Positions 10,283-21,268 of a DNA stretch of 64,000 bases are shown here, one piece after another (position 1 is the stretch's first letter; each line of letters opens with the position of its first letter). The stretch lies in NCBI GenBank assembly GCA_963803275.1, contig CAWDLS010000002.1:99905-163904 (forward strand), read 5' to 3'. The stretch is from an uncultured Gammaproteobacteria bacterium (GTDB lineage Bacteria; Pseudomonadota; Gammaproteobacteria; UBA9214). The position numbers and the translations under genes are program-made. A model generated the notes under the pieces. The model worked only from the letters and a program-made list of their open reading frames with translations. It did not search any database and was not told the DNA's origin.

Positions 10283-11215
10283 TTAATTCATTTCCACCAC
10301 ATAGTTACCGGTCGAGGGGCCGGCTACTACTGCACCGTTAATATCATAGTGAGTGACTGACTGCACGGTCGGCGGGGCCGTAGGCATGGTGCCAGGCGGA
10401 TTCTGGGACAGCGCACGCGCCGGTAGCGGGACAATCTCGAAGCGTGGTTCGTAGTAGGCCAGCTGACCGGTCGGACTGACATAGCTGACAGTCAGGGTAT
10501 CACCCGAGACCTTTTGCATGACTATGCGCTGCGAGCCGGTGTAAGGACTGATATCTTCCGGCAATAACTGGAATGACGATGGTGGTGCACCGTCTATTGC
10601 GAACTGCAGTGTAATTTCTACCGCGCCGTACGTGGGCCAGCTCGCATTCGGATCCAGCACAGGGTGTACCGTCACATTGTGCGAGGCCTCGATGGTTCTG
10701 AGCAGCCCGTTCTGGGTGGCACCCAAACCAATGTTGTATTCCAGCGGGTGAGGCGAACCCGTACCCGACAGGATTTCCAGTGCAACAGGTACGTTGTTTA
10801 CCGAGTCAGCGATGGTCGGGTAGTCTGCAGTAGTCGTGAACTGCACATGGCCGGTCCCTAGCGGCAGGCCGGAGGTGGGCAAATCGATGACGATAAGACT
10901 GACCCAGGGTTGATGGCCTGAAGTTCTGGTAATCTGCCAGTAGGGGTTACCGGCATTGGCAACCGACGGCGAGGTCTGATCCGGGTACAACCTGAGGATG
11001 GACTTGATCGTTAAGGGCACAGATCCGCCGGAATTTGGATAATAAACCGCAGTGGTATTGGTCGTGGTCATCTTGTCCGGCGAACCCACGGCGAACGCGA
11101 CGGTATCTCCGTTCCGCGCCGCCGTTGGCAACGGATTGAGTGCTGCGCACCCGGTTAAAATGGCAATGGCTGCTGAACAAAAGAGGAGCGCCCTGGACAC
11201 CGTTGAAATCTTCAT
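10283..11215 (-). CDS. Thr/Ser/Pro-rich lipoprotein, hypothetical
   Basis: Signal peptide MKISTVSRALLFCSAAIAILTGC with lipobox LTGC; low-complexity T/S/P/G-rich mature protein. Confidence 0.6.
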   Translation of the reverse strand: MKISTVSRALLFCSAAIAILTGCAALNPLPTAARNGDTVAFAVGSPDKMTTTNTTAVYYPNSGGSVPLTIKSILRLYPDQTSPSVANAGNPYWQITRTSGHQPWVSLIVIDLPTSGLPLGTGHVQFTTTADYPTIADSVNNVPVALEILSGTGSPHPLEYNIGLGATQNGLLRTIEASHNVTVHPVLDPNASWPTYGAVEITLQFAIDGAPPSSFQLLPEDISPYTGSQRIVMQKVSGDTLTVSYVSPTGQLAYYEPRFEIVPLPARALSQNPPGTMPTAPPTVQSVTHYDINGAVVAGPSTGNYVVEMN

Positions 11216-11709
11216 CGTTATTCACCCGTACTCATGTTTTGTTATTGTTGACTCTCTCTCAACCGTGATTCAAATACTAGACCGTCTTTACCCATATGAC
11301 AATAATACCCGGACCCTGTGCAGCTGTAAGGCTGAGTTGATCCAGCGTCATCCCGCGTGACACTGTACCTTTGGGCAATAATTATTTTCCATAATTAACA
11401 GTTATTTGCAATATACGTTGGGAATTCACCGAATTCAATTGTATCAAGGTCTGAGATTGCTGATGGGTTTTGACGGTCGCGCGCAGGCAACTGAACCCAC
11501 CCCCCCTGATCACCGTGTCACCCGATGGACCCTTTGCGTCGCTTCCCGGCATGGCTTGCATGCATAAACACGCACGCCACGGGGAGCGCACACGTTATAT
11601 AATAGACGCACTATCCGGCTCGAGCACCGGCAAGACAGCCACCTGCCTGTGTGAGGCCGGGCACACTGAGACCCACCCGTGTTGAGCAGGACCGGCACTG
11701 CCGGGATCC

Positions 11710-13221
11710 GTGAAAATCCGCATGGCAAACGCACGCGAGCTGAAGACCAGGGGACAGACTGCCTTCCGGGAAGGACGCCTCCCGGAGGCGCTGGATCAGT
11801 ACCTGCAAGCAAGCCGGAAGGTATCGGATGATGCCGAGATCTGGCATATGCTGGCGGTACTGCATGGCATGTCGGGCAACAGCGATGAGGCGGAGCTCTG
11901 CTGCCGCAAGGTCATTGGCCTGCTACCGAACGCCCACGCCGCCTACAACAATCTCGGCACCCTCCTGAAGAACAAGGGTCGTTTCGACGAAGCCGCTGCC
12001 TGTTACCGCAAGGCGCTCGATCTCGCTCCCGACAATGCATCGGCAGCAAACAACCTGGCTACGCTGCTGCGCGAAGCCGGCGACAGAGACGGGGCGTTCA
12101 CTCATTATCAAAACGCGATTCGATTAAAACCCGATTACGCTGAGGCACACAGTAACCTCGGTGCACTGCTGCAGGACATTGGCCGGGTTACTGAAGCGTT
12201 GCAGTCGTACCAGACGGCGGTCCGGTTGCAGCCGTCGAACTTCATCTGGTTGTTCAATTTCGGGTGCGGACTGCGCGAGGCCGGCCGGATCGAGGAATCA
12301 GCACGGGTATTCCAGCGTGCCTTGCAGATCGACCCGCACAACGCACGAGCCTGGGATGGATTGTCTCACGCCCAACTCGAACTTCGTCAGTTCGAGGCGG
12401 CACGGGCAAGCGCGATGCGCGCGCTCGAGCTCGACCCAAACCTGGTCGATGCCTGTCTGCATGCCGGGGCGGCCATTCAGTCGTTGCAGCACACCGTGGA
12501 GGCCGCCGACCTGTACCGGCGCGCGCTCACGATCGACCCCGACAACGAAACGGCCCGCTATTTCCTCGCCAGCATGGGCGTGAACGAGGCCCCGGACAAA
12601 TCACCGGCAGACTATGTCACGAAGTTGTTCGATGGTTATGCCGAGACCTTCGACGACTCCCTGTTGAACAAGCTCGAGTACCGAACCCCGACCCTGCTTC
12701 ACCAGCTGGCCGGCAGACACATCGCCACGGACAAAGGCAAGGCCGATATCATCGACCTGGGTTGCGGTACGGGCTTGTGCGGGCCACTGTTTCGCCCCAT
12801 GGCCACCCGCCTGGTCGGCGTGGATCTGTCCTCGAAAATGGTCGCCAAGGCGCGTGAACGCCAGGTCTACGACGAGTTACTGGTCGATGACCTGATACCA
12901 CCGCTGCTCGGCAAACCGCAGGGTTTCGACCTTGTGCTCGCGGCCGATGTCTTCGTCTACATCGGCGACCTCGGGCCGGTGTTTGCCGCAGTCAGGACGG
13001 CCTTGCGGCCCGGGGGCCTGTTCATGTTTTCGACCGAAAAGGAAGAATCCGGGCAGGATTTCGTCCTGCGCAACTCCGGACGTTACGCCCATGGCACGGG
13101 CTATGTCACCGGTCTCGCGGCCGGGGCAGACCTCGAAGTCGTGAACGCCGATGACGTCATGTTGCGCAAGGAAGGTGGCCAGGATATCCAGGGTATTGTC
13201 TACGTTCTGAAGCGGTGCTGA
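11710..13221 (+). CDS. TPR-repeat protein fused to class I SAM-dependent methyltransferase
   Basis: N-terminal TPR repeats (AWHMLAVLHGMSGNSDEAE..., AYNNLGTLLKNKGRFDEA...) and C-terminal DLGCGTGLCG ... VGVDLS ... ADVFVY methyltransferase motifs; alternative ATG at 11722. Confidence 0.7.
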   Translation: MKIRMANARELKTRGQTAFREGRLPEALDQYLQASRKVSDDAEIWHMLAVLHGMSGNSDEAELCCRKVIGLLPNAHAAYNNLGTLLKNKGRFDEAAACYRKALDLAPDNASAANNLATLLREAGDRDGAFTHYQNAIRLKPDYAEAHSNLGALLQDIGRVTEALQSYQTAVRLQPSNFIWLFNFGCGLREAGRIEESARVFQRALQIDPHNARAWDGLSHAQLELRQFEAARASAMRALELDPNLVDACLHAGAAIQSLQHTVEAADLYRRALTIDPDNETARYFLASMGVNEAPDKSPADYVTKLFDGYAETFDDSLLNKLEYRTPTLLHQLAGRHIATDKGKADIIDLGCGTGLCGPLFRPMATRLVGVDLSSKMVAKARERQVYDELLVDDLIPPLLGKPQGFDLVLAADVFVYIGDLGPVFAAVRTALRPGGLFMFSTEKEESGQDFVLRNSGRYAHGTGYVTGLAAGADLEVVNADDVMLRKEGGQDIQGIVYVLKRC

Positions 13222-13226
13222 CGCAG

Positions 13227-13883
13227 TCAGGGTTCGATCCGGTCACCGGGTAGTCCATGCTGACGCAGGCCGGACATAAGCGCGACGTTAAATGCGATCG
13301 AGATACGTTGTTCACTGGACCTGTTCTCCTCAACGTGATGCTCCAGCCACGCCGGAAATAACAGCAGATTTCCTTCACGCGGAGGGATTTTCACCGTGAA
13401 TGAATTGACGAGATTGGGTTCCTGGAAGGGCAACAGCAGGTAGCGCATGGGTCGCCCGAAGTCTTCGAGTACGAAAACGCCGCTGTCATTGGGAATCCTT
13501 ACATAGTAACAGCCGCTCAGCACCAGGGGATTCGGCATCCCTGCCGGTGACTGATGGGAATGCACGGTATTCGAGTTGCCGAAAACGTTGACATTGGCCC
13601 ACATGGATGTCACTCGCAATCCGCTGGACGCCTGTCCAAATCCGTAGTCCTTGCCGATCTGGCCAAGCTTCCCGGTAATAAACCCGGCAAGCTGCCGGAA
13701 TTCCGCTTTCAAATGCAATTTACCGTGGCTCTGCCATCCACCGCGGTTGGAGTAGTGAACACCGGGGTCGCTTTTCATTTCAGCCATGACTGCAGCGACC
13801 AACTTTTCGTTGGTGGAAACATAATCCGGCATCTCGAAGGTCCAGAGCGGCGTGCCAAATAACACAGACATGTTGTCGGACAT
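13227..13883 (-). CDS. putative 2OG-Fe(II) oxygenase (TIGR02466-like family)
   Basis: MSVLFGTPLWTFEMPDYV...VHSHQSP...EHHVEENRS resembles the conserved 2OG-Fe(II) oxygenase-superfamily hypothetical family; start chosen downstream of the upstream gene's stop (M at 13883; 13871 also possible). Confidence 0.5.
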   Translation of the reverse strand: MSDNMSVLFGTPLWTFEMPDYVSTNEKLVAAVMAEMKSDPGVHYSNRGGWQSHGKLHLKAEFRQLAGFITGKLGQIGKDYGFGQASSGLRVTSMWANVNVFGNSNTVHSHQSPAGMPNPLVLSGCYYVRIPNDSGVFVLEDFGRPMRYLLLPFQEPNLVNSFTVKIPPREGNLLLFPAWLEHHVEENRSSEQRISIAFNVALMSGLRQHGLPGDRIEP

Positions 13884-13980
13884 GGAAAGACCCATTAATA
13901 AGACACGCTGCAGCGCCCTACCCTTACTTGACTCAGAGCGATTCCGGGAAGTCGCGCCTGAAAGAGCCAGGCGAGATGCC

Positions 13981-14763
13981 TCAGCCCAGTCTCTTGTGAC
14001 GGGAGACAGCCAGCAGACCGAGCAGGCCCGAGCCAAACAGCCAGGCCGCAGCAGGGACCGGAACAACAGAGTCGACATGGATGGAGGTGATATCGAAATC
14101 GAAATTGAAACCAGGAAACGGACCGTTGTCCATCGGGACACCCCCGACGCCGTCGTCGCCGGTGAGACAGCTCGCGGTCATGACGCAAACCGGATCGTTA
14201 TGGTAGTTGGTGTCCAATGTCGTGGTGGCTATCGGGGCGGTGCCGATCGGATACTTACCATTGATCATGCCATTACTGGCCGGGGTCGCACCCACGCCGG
14301 AGATGGTGGTGCTGGCGGCAAACGGGCCAGCACCGAAGAAGCCGGCGGCGTCAAGGACGATACCCGTGTTGATATTGTTGTTGCCATTCCAGTCCCACAG
14401 CATCTTGCCCATGACCAGCGTACCGGCACCGCCGGCACCGTCACCAACGGCCAGTATCGAAAAGTCGTGTACACCCAGGGGACCACTGGTTTCGAAATCG
14501 AAGGGATTCATAACCACGCTGCCAGCGCCTGTGCCCGTATCGTACGTGAAGGTACCGGATATCTGGGTACGCAGACCATAACCCCAGGTCGGATCCCCGT
14601 AGTAAGGATAGCTGACGTTATCCAACGGCGTGCCCGAGGCGTTTAGCCAAGTGAACAGGCCGGTCCAGGATGCGTTGATTATGGCGGCGTCGGCCGTGGC
14701 AGCGGTACCTATGCCCAACGAGATGCTCAGCGCCGCAGCGATAGCGGTTTTATTATTCTTCAT
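13981..14763 (-). CDS. PEP-CTERM sorting-domain surface protein (paralog A)
   Basis: Signal peptide MKNNKTAIAAALSISLGIGTAATADA; Gly/Thr/Asn-rich body; C-terminal VPVPAAAWLFGSGLLGLLAVSRHKRLG = PEP-CTERM motif (VPxP + TM helix + basic tail); GGAGGA RBS before ATG 14763. Confidence 0.75.
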   Translation of the reverse strand: MKNNKTAIAAALSISLGIGTAATADAAIINASWTGLFTWLNASGTPLDNVSYPYYGDPTWGYGLRTQISGTFTYDTGTGAGSVVMNPFDFETSGPLGVHDFSILAVGDGAGGAGTLVMGKMLWDWNGNNNINTGIVLDAAGFFGAGPFAASTTISGVGATPASNGMINGKYPIGTAPIATTTLDTNYHNDPVCVMTASCLTGDDGVGGVPMDNGPFPGFNFDFDITSIHVDSVVPVPAAAWLFGSGLLGLLAVSRHKRLG

Positions 14764-14958
14764 GTCCGCTCCTCCCCTGGTATTTATGTGGATTCTCCTT
14801 GCGGTGAATATTTGCCTGTCTGATAAACGACTCTTTTCAGCAGGCCTTGGTAAGCAAGCGTAGTGTGAAAACTGGTAGCTGGCAACCGCACCGGGAGGTG
14901 AAGCGGCGCGGAGCCAGCCTGCCCGACAGGGCAACTCTCCGGTTTCCAGGCCGGCCGT

Positions 14959-16566
14959 CTATCCCGTATACCCGAACTGTTTGATGAAAGGCGCCAGAAT
15001 TGTCTCGATCGAGGCGATCTGGCTGGCATAGTGCTGCCAGCGCCCCCTGGCCCGCGAGTACAGGGGTAATGCGACGTCGATAAAACTCGGTGTGCGTACC
15101 ACACTGGCCCCAGCCTCCATATGGTACGCACGGATATCCGGTGTCCATTCAACGCCGGTAAACTCCAGGATGCGTTTCGACGTGCAGTCGAAGTCATCGA
15201 TAAGATCTTCGTAGCGATATTCAAGAAAGCGCAAGCCACCGAATACCGATTTATAGTGATTCCACAGCCCCATGGTAGCGGAATAGAAACGCGCCGTGTC
15301 CTCGAGGTCCAGAAAGTGAACCATTGCCGAATTAAGCCTGAACGACTGCATAAAGCAGGAGAGACAGACATCGCGTGGATCGCGCAGGGCGACCAGGAAG
15401 CGCGCGGCTGGAAAAAGCCGGTGTATGAATCCGGCCTCGATTATGTTCAGTGGAAGTTTATCGACATAAATCATTCCAGCATTGCTGCCACCCGTGACAC
15501 GGTGCAGTTCGCTGAGATAACGATCCCGGAGACCGGCCAGTTCAGGGTCGGACAATCTGGCAAGCATGGCCGGGTAATTTTCGGAAGCGAGCGTGACATT
15601 CTTCAGTTGCGAGATGAGGTTTGTGACCAGTGGTTCTTCCTGCGTAGTGACGATGTTTGAACGGGTTCTTAGTATCTGTTCAACCAGGGTCGTGCCGGAA
15701 CGTGGAAAACCGACGAAAAATACCAGTCGATCCCCGTCATCATCCACGGCTGGATCCGGTTCCGGTCCTGATAACAGGCTACGGAAACCCTCAATCCGCT
15801 TCAGATAAAACGCCTTCCCGTAAGGCGCATTCCGGGTGACGCTCTGCCAGATCGCATTAGCGCGCCGGAAGGCGTCGAACGCATCATCGTACTCGCCGGA
15901 ACGATCGAGCGCATGACCCAGCTCGCCGAGCAGGCCGGCAACATCGATGGTATTCTCGTGCGCGGCGATGGCCTGTCGCAACCGGGAGATGGATTCTCGC
16001 TCGTTACCGGATTGGCGATCCAGCCGCGCCAGCACGAGGTGGGCGGCCGGGTTGTACTGCTCCAGTCGCAAGGCTTTGGTTGCAGCATGACGGGCATCAT
16101 TATTCCTGCGCAGCATTTCCAGCGTTAATGCCATGTTGCCATAGACATTCGCGTCCGCCTGTCCATGGTCATCCAGCCATTGATAGATCTCCAGCGACTG
16201 CTCGTATTTGCCCCGGTTTGCGTAAAGGTTACCCAGGGTTATGCGGGCCTCGCCTGTGTCAGGCCGGCAGTCGCAATCGGCCGCTGCCGCCAGATACCGT
16301 TCCGCCTGTTCAAGATCCCCGGCGACCAGATACACCTGGCCCAGCGACAACAGCGCCTGATAGGATTTTTGTCGTTGGAGCGACGCGTTCAGGCTGGCCT
16401 GCGCCTCGGGAATCTGACCCTTCCTGGCACAGACCAGCCCATCCAGCAGCCATAGTTGTGGATCATCCGGATTGATGCGGAGCAGTTTCTGTGTGATCCG
16501 CCGTGATTCATCCAGCAGACCTTGCCGGAACAGGCGGCAGGCGTGCTGTTTGGTTTCTTCAGACAC
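14959..16566 (-). CDS. TPR-repeat + sulfotransferase-domain protein
   Basis: TPR repeats N-terminal; C-terminal FFVGFPRSGTTLVEQIL (5'-PSB-like loop) and LRDPRDVCLS (3'-PB-like); start placed at GTG 16566 coupled to upstream stop (GTGTCTGA); ATG 16602 possible. Confidence 0.7.
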   Translation of the reverse strand: MSEETKQHACRLFRQGLLDESRRITQKLLRINPDDPQLWLLDGLVCARKGQIPEAQASLNASLQRQKSYQALLSLGQVYLVAGDLEQAERYLAAAADCDCRPDTGEARITLGNLYANRGKYEQSLEIYQWLDDHGQADANVYGNMALTLEMLRRNNDARHAATKALRLEQYNPAAHLVLARLDRQSGNERESISRLRQAIAAHENTIDVAGLLGELGHALDRSGEYDDAFDAFRRANAIWQSVTRNAPYGKAFYLKRIEGFRSLLSGPEPDPAVDDDGDRLVFFVGFPRSGTTLVEQILRTRSNIVTTQEEPLVTNLISQLKNVTLASENYPAMLARLSDPELAGLRDRYLSELHRVTGGSNAGMIYVDKLPLNIIEAGFIHRLFPAARFLVALRDPRDVCLSCFMQSFRLNSAMVHFLDLEDTARFYSATMGLWNHYKSVFGGLRFLEYRYEDLIDDFDCTSKRILEFTGVEWTPDIRAYHMEAGASVVRTPSFIDVALPLYSRARGRWQHYASQIASIETILAPFIKQFGYTG

Positions 16567-19026
16567 CGAGCGCTTCCAGCAGGGGCCCAAGATGCTCTTC
16601 ATAGCGTCGCCAGCGCTCCACCGAGCTGGTATAGATCGGCTTCCGGACCTGGTCGTAGCTCGGCGTCTTCACGGTGCGCTTGAGTTGGTGATAATTCAGG
16701 CAGCGTTCGTCCCACTCCAGGCCGACGAATTCCAGATCCTGCGGCTCATGTCCTCCTGACTGGCGACCACCTCTTCGTATTGTACGTCCAGGATCGGTAT
16801 TGCCAGCGTTTGCTTCCAGTAGTCCATCAACTGCTCGTACCGGCGGTAGTACAGGCCCAGTGATTCAAGGTCACTGGCATAGGTGTGAAAGGAATTGAAA
16901 TGCTTGAAGTAGATCGACAGGCAGGTATCGACAGGGTTGCGTCGGCAATGCAGTACCCGGGCACCGGGAAACAGCAGATCGATCAGGCCCAGTGCCTCGA
17001 AATTGTGTGGCATCTTGTCGACGATTCTTCTGGCTTCGGGCGCGTAACCCTGGAGGTGATCGAGATAATCGCCTGCTATCCGGTCGAGCGTCTCGGTAGT
17101 GGCATCACCCATGCAGGCAGGATAGGGCCACTTGCTGTTCAGGCGGTTTTGCAGCGTACCCGACAAGTGATACATGTCTTCGAGTTCGCCTGCACCGTGC
17201 ACGTCGGGATGGCTGGCAAGAATCTGCTCGATCAAAGTGGTACCTGAACGCGGCATGCCGACAATGAACACGGGTAATTCGGAGCGATTTGATGCTCTTG
17301 GTCGAGACGCCTGCCTGTCGCGGCTATAAACGCCCCGCAGTGACAAGAACTGATGTTCGGTCTGGCTGACTTTGTAGCCCGGGTGGTCCTCGGTATTCGC
17401 GGCGTGATAATGCTCGAAGGCCTTGTCGTGTTCACCAACGTCGTCGTACAGGTCGCCCATGACAAAATTGCGCTGGATGCGTGCCCATTTCTCCAAACCC
17501 TGCGGGTCAAGCTTCTCTAGCAACCCGAGCGCCTGCTCACGCTGGTCGAGATGTCGCGCCATCACACCGAACGCCAGTGCGACCAGGATATTGACCTTGT
17601 GATCCGACTGCAAGGGCAGCAGAATCGCCTCCGCTTCCTGGAACCGGCCAAGCCGCTCCAGTACCATCACCTGTCCCGCTGAGGCCTCGACATAGTACGG
17701 CTGCAGTGTAACCGCTTCGCCAAAGCGCTCGAAGGCCTGCTCGAACTTGCCCTGTTGCTGCAGGCAGGTTCCGTAATGGTAATGGGCTTCGGCCAAGTCG
17801 GGTTTCAGATCGATGGCACGCCGGTAGGCTGCATCAGCTTCTGGAAAATTCTCGCGGAATCGCTCGACACACAGCAGTGCATTGCCCAGGTTGTTCCAGG
17901 CAGCCGCGTACCCGGGATCATGTCGGGTGGCAGAGCGGAACGTCGTGATGGCCTCGTCAAACCGGCCTTGCGTCATGAGTGCGGTTCCAAGGTTGTTCTC
18001 GAATTCGGCGCAGCCCGGAAGAGTCACCAGCGCAGCCCGGAATCGCTGTTCCGCCTGTACGGGATCGCCATCCTGCTGCGATAGCAGTCCAAGGTTGTTA
18101 TCCGCCAGTGCACAACGCGGATCCAGTTCGATTGCGCGTTCGAATGCGGATTTCGCGCCCGACTTGTCGCCCAGGGCAAGCCGTGCACCGGCCAGCGTAT
18201 TGTATGCATCGGCGTAGTCGCCGCGAATCTCCAGGGCCTGCTCGATCCATTCGAGCGCCTCCTGCGGGCGACCGGCCTCGATCAGCGTCAGTCCAAGAAG
18301 GTTGCTGGCCTCTGGCCGGTCGGGATGTTTCTCGATAGCAGAGCGATAGGTCGCGATCGCTGCATCGAACTCATGCCGCCGGCGCTGGAGATTACCGATC
18401 TCGATCCATGCATCGGTATTGTCCGGATCAAGTTGCACGATGCTTCGAAAACAATCGATAGCAGCCTTGTAGTCGCCCCTCCGCTCCAGTGCCAGCCCCC
18501 TGTTCAGCAGCGGACCGGGTGCTGTGCGATCAAGTTTTATGGCCTTGTCGAACTGCTTCAGAGCTGCATCGACCTCACCGCTGTCCAGCAGCACCAGTCC
18601 GAGATTGTTGATGGTGGTGGCCTGCCGGGGATCAAGGCGTACCGCCTCGCGCGCGTACCGGACCGCATCGGTCAGGCGGCCGAGTTGCCGAAGCACGATG
18701 GTGAGATTGACATAGGGCGATACGTAGGCAGGATTCAACCGGATGGCGCGTGCGTAAGCATCGGCCGCATCCTCCCATGAACGCAGGCTCTGCAACGCGA
18801 CGCCGAGGTTGTACCAGGCGCCGATATGGCCAGGCGCGAGTTCCACCGCCTTGCGACAACAGGCCACAACCTCGTCGAGTGCACCGAGCTGGGCCTGGAC
18901 GCTGGCGCACAGGAACCAGGCCTCGGCCTGGTCAGGCTGTTCCCGGCAATACTGTTCGCACAATGGCAGCGCTTCCCTGGTTCGTCCGGACTGGACCAGC
19001 GCCACGATTTTACGGGCGTTCACCAT
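16559..19026 (-). CDS. long TPR-repeat + sulfotransferase-domain protein (single-base frameshift near 16734 in the given sequence)
   Basis: About 15 TPR repeats then FIVGMPRSGTTLIEQILASHP; track ORF ends ...RRIWNSSAWSGTNAA at 16696, but the -1 frame continues RILEFVGLEWDERCLNYH...TPSYDQVRKPIYTSSVERWRRYEEHLG, matching paralog C-termini, to a TGA at 16559-16561. Confidence 0.65.
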
Positions 19027-19028
19027 CG

Positions 19029-20450
19029 CTATATTCCCGGGTCCTTCACCAGGACATAGACCTGCCCGGCGATGCTGTCACCATATTCCTCCCTCAGAAC
19101 GATGTCCTGTACCGCAAGCACACGAAGGTCCGATGCCAGGGCCAGCGTGGTGATATAGCCCGGGCTTTGTGCATAGCGACCGGACGGGCACAGGGTATAG
19201 GGCCGGTCATCGTTCGCTCTTTCTGTTGAAAAGCACAGCAGCCCGTGATCGCGCAGTGCGCGGGCACAGGCCGGAAATATCGCCGTCAGGTTGCCGAGAT
19301 AGACGAACACGTCGCCAGCGAGGATCAGGTCATACGCAGTGTCCTGACCGGCAAGAAAGGACGCAATATCATTCTGCGCCAGATGGTCATAGATACCCAG
19401 CGCCCTGGCCTTGTCCAGCATTCGTTCCGAAAGATCAACCCCGGTAATCGAGTTCGCGATATCGGTGAAGTTCTGCGCGCACAGACCGGTGCCGCAGCCC
19501 AGGTCCAGAATATCGAGCGAGGGCGGGTTTTTGCCCAGCGCACTGTGTACCAACCGGTTCATCACCACCGGCGCCGAATACCCAAGCGCACCAACCAGGT
19601 GCTCGTCGAAATTATCCGCATAGCCGTCGAACAGCTCCTGGACGTAGCTGACCGGCGACCGGGGCGGCGCCTCGCGCACGCCGATTACTGACAGAAAATA
19701 GGCAGCATTGGCATGTTTTGGGTCAATCGAGAGGATGTGACGGAAACACTGCTCCGCCTCCGCGATCGCATTGCGCTTGTGCAGGAGAAAGCCAAGGTAA
19801 TAGAGCGCGCTGATGTGCCCGGGCGCACCCGCGAGCGCTTGTTTCAGGCAGGCCTCCGCTTCGGCCGGGCGGTTGTCGAACAATCGCGACATGCCCAGGT
19901 TGGCAAGCGCATCGGGATAATCCGGACGCAGGCGCACGGCCTTCTCGAAACACTCCGTGGCTTCCGCAACCTGGCCCATCTGCCGCAGGGCCGTACCCAG
20001 GTTGTTGAGCGCCTCCGGGTGTTCAGGCGCTATAGCCAGCGCAGTGCGCAGCACGCCCTCGGCTGCGGCAAAGTTTCCAGCGTCGATCAGTGCGCAACCC
20101 AGGTTCACCTCAGCGCCGGTGTAGCCTGGCCTGAGCCGGAGCGCCTCGCGAAACTGGACCTCCGCCTCCGCACGCTTGCCGAGCGTCCGCAACACGCAGC
20201 CAAGATTATTGCGCAGCGTGGCATCGACCGGGCGCAACGCGACCGCACGCTCCAGCGCCGACTCCGCCGCAGGATGGTCTCCGGTCATGCCGCAGACTAT
20301 ACCGAGCAGCCCGGCCACCTCGGCATCGCCGCACTCGCCGACCATTTCGAGAACCCGGCGCGCTTCCGCGAGACGATGCGTCTGAATGAGTTGCTGTGCT
20401 CGCTGCTTCGCGATTGTCCTGGTATCGGAAGTGTCCACTGCCTGAAACAT
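19029..20450 (-). CDS. TPR-repeat + class I SAM-dependent methyltransferase (paralog of 11710-13221)
   Basis: TPR N-domain; C-terminal ILDLGCGTGLCAQNF...ITGVDLS...AGDVFVYLG; start taken at MFQAVDTSD (ATG 20450) since the upstream part of the track ORF lacks homology. Confidence 0.7.
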   Translation of the reverse strand: MFQAVDTSDTRTIAKQRAQQLIQTHRLAEARRVLEMVGECGDAEVAGLLGIVCGMTGDHPAAESALERAVALRPVDATLRNNLGCVLRTLGKRAEAEVQFREALRLRPGYTGAEVNLGCALIDAGNFAAAEGVLRTALAIAPEHPEALNNLGTALRQMGQVAEATECFEKAVRLRPDYPDALANLGMSRLFDNRPAEAEACLKQALAGAPGHISALYYLGFLLHKRNAIAEAEQCFRHILSIDPKHANAAYFLSVIGVREAPPRSPVSYVQELFDGYADNFDEHLVGALGYSAPVVMNRLVHSALGKNPPSLDILDLGCGTGLCAQNFTDIANSITGVDLSERMLDKARALGIYDHLAQNDIASFLAGQDTAYDLILAGDVFVYLGNLTAIFPACARALRDHGLLCFSTERANDDRPYTLCPSGRYAQSPGYITTLALASDLRVLAVQDIVLREEYGDSIAGQVYVLVKDPGI

Positions 20451-20470
20451 CTCGTTGTTGTATGGTTGAT

Positions 20471-21268
20471 TCAGAGAGTATAACGGAACAACGACTGCAG
20501 TTCTGGCGGCAGCGCCATCAGCGCCTCGGGGCTGATGATCAGCGGCTTCTGGTGATAAAAGTTGGTTGAATCGCGCCACCACGGGCGGCAATAAATGAGA
20601 TAGAGAATCGGGCGTATGGCCCGGGTGTAGTTCGCGGTTCCGCCGTGCAGCAGACGTGCGTCGAAGAGATAGCACCCGCCAGGTTCCGGGAGAATGGAGA
20701 CCGAATCCATCAGATCAGGTTGTGTGTTTTTCCAGTCGATCGTACGGCGGTGGGTTCCCGGCCAGAACCGGGTCACACCGGTCATGGCGTCGAGCGGGAC
20801 TAGCGGTATGGCCAGCGTGATCGCGTACGGCGGCAGCGACTGCGACAAGCACTCGTCTTCGTCGAAGAGGAACGGAAAGTCGACGTGTACGTGCTGATCA
20901 GCGGAATCTGGCCGTGACGTGACCGCGACATAGGCGTCGAGAATGCAGTTGCCGCCCAGCAGACGCCACAACACGGGCATCACCGCGGCGGGGGCAAACA
21001 GGGCCGGGTTACTGAAGGGCGGTTTGACTTCGATCGCAATCATGGTGCGCTTGTCGCCCACTTCCCTGCTTGCATCTATCGTGTTGCCATACTCCTGTCT
21101 GTAGGCGCAGTTCACCTCATCAAGATAGTCTGGTGAGAATACATTATTGATAATCACCGCGCCGTGGGTCAGGAACGATTCACTGCAGGCATCGACGACG
21201 GCAGCAGACTCATCACCGCAATCCGGGGCGTGGAAAGTCATGGTTTGCATCAAGGTCTCAGTCGTCAT
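20471..21268 (-). CDS. phytanoyl-CoA dioxygenase (PhyH)-like 2OG oxygenase
   Basis: MTTETLMQTMTFHAP...QHVHVDFPF...HGG; HxD...H arrangement; start ambiguous (21268, 21249 or 21241); the first 85 codons of the track ORF overlap the upstream TPR gene and are probably not translated. Confidence 0.5.
   Translation of the reverse strand: MTTETLMQTMTFHAPDCGDESAAVVDACSESFLTHGAVIINNVFSPDYLDEVNCAYRQEYGNTIDASREVGDKRTMIAIEVKPPFSNPALFAPAAVMPVLWRLLGGNCILDAYVAVTSRPDSADQHVHVDFPFLFDEDECLSQSLPPYAITLAIPLVPLDAMTGVTRFWPGTHRRTIDWKNTQPDLMDSVSILPEPGGCYLFDARLLHGGTANYTRAIRPILYLIYCRPWWRDSTNFYHQKPLIISPEALMALPPELQSLFRYTL

Noticed and set aside
14764-14958. Sigma-54 promoter upstream of PEP-CTERM paralog A (analogous to the one found for paralog B)
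   Set aside because: Scanned the reverse complement for GG-N10-GC with TTGC; candidate sites have wrong spacing (offsets 9 or 15 instead of 12), so no call made
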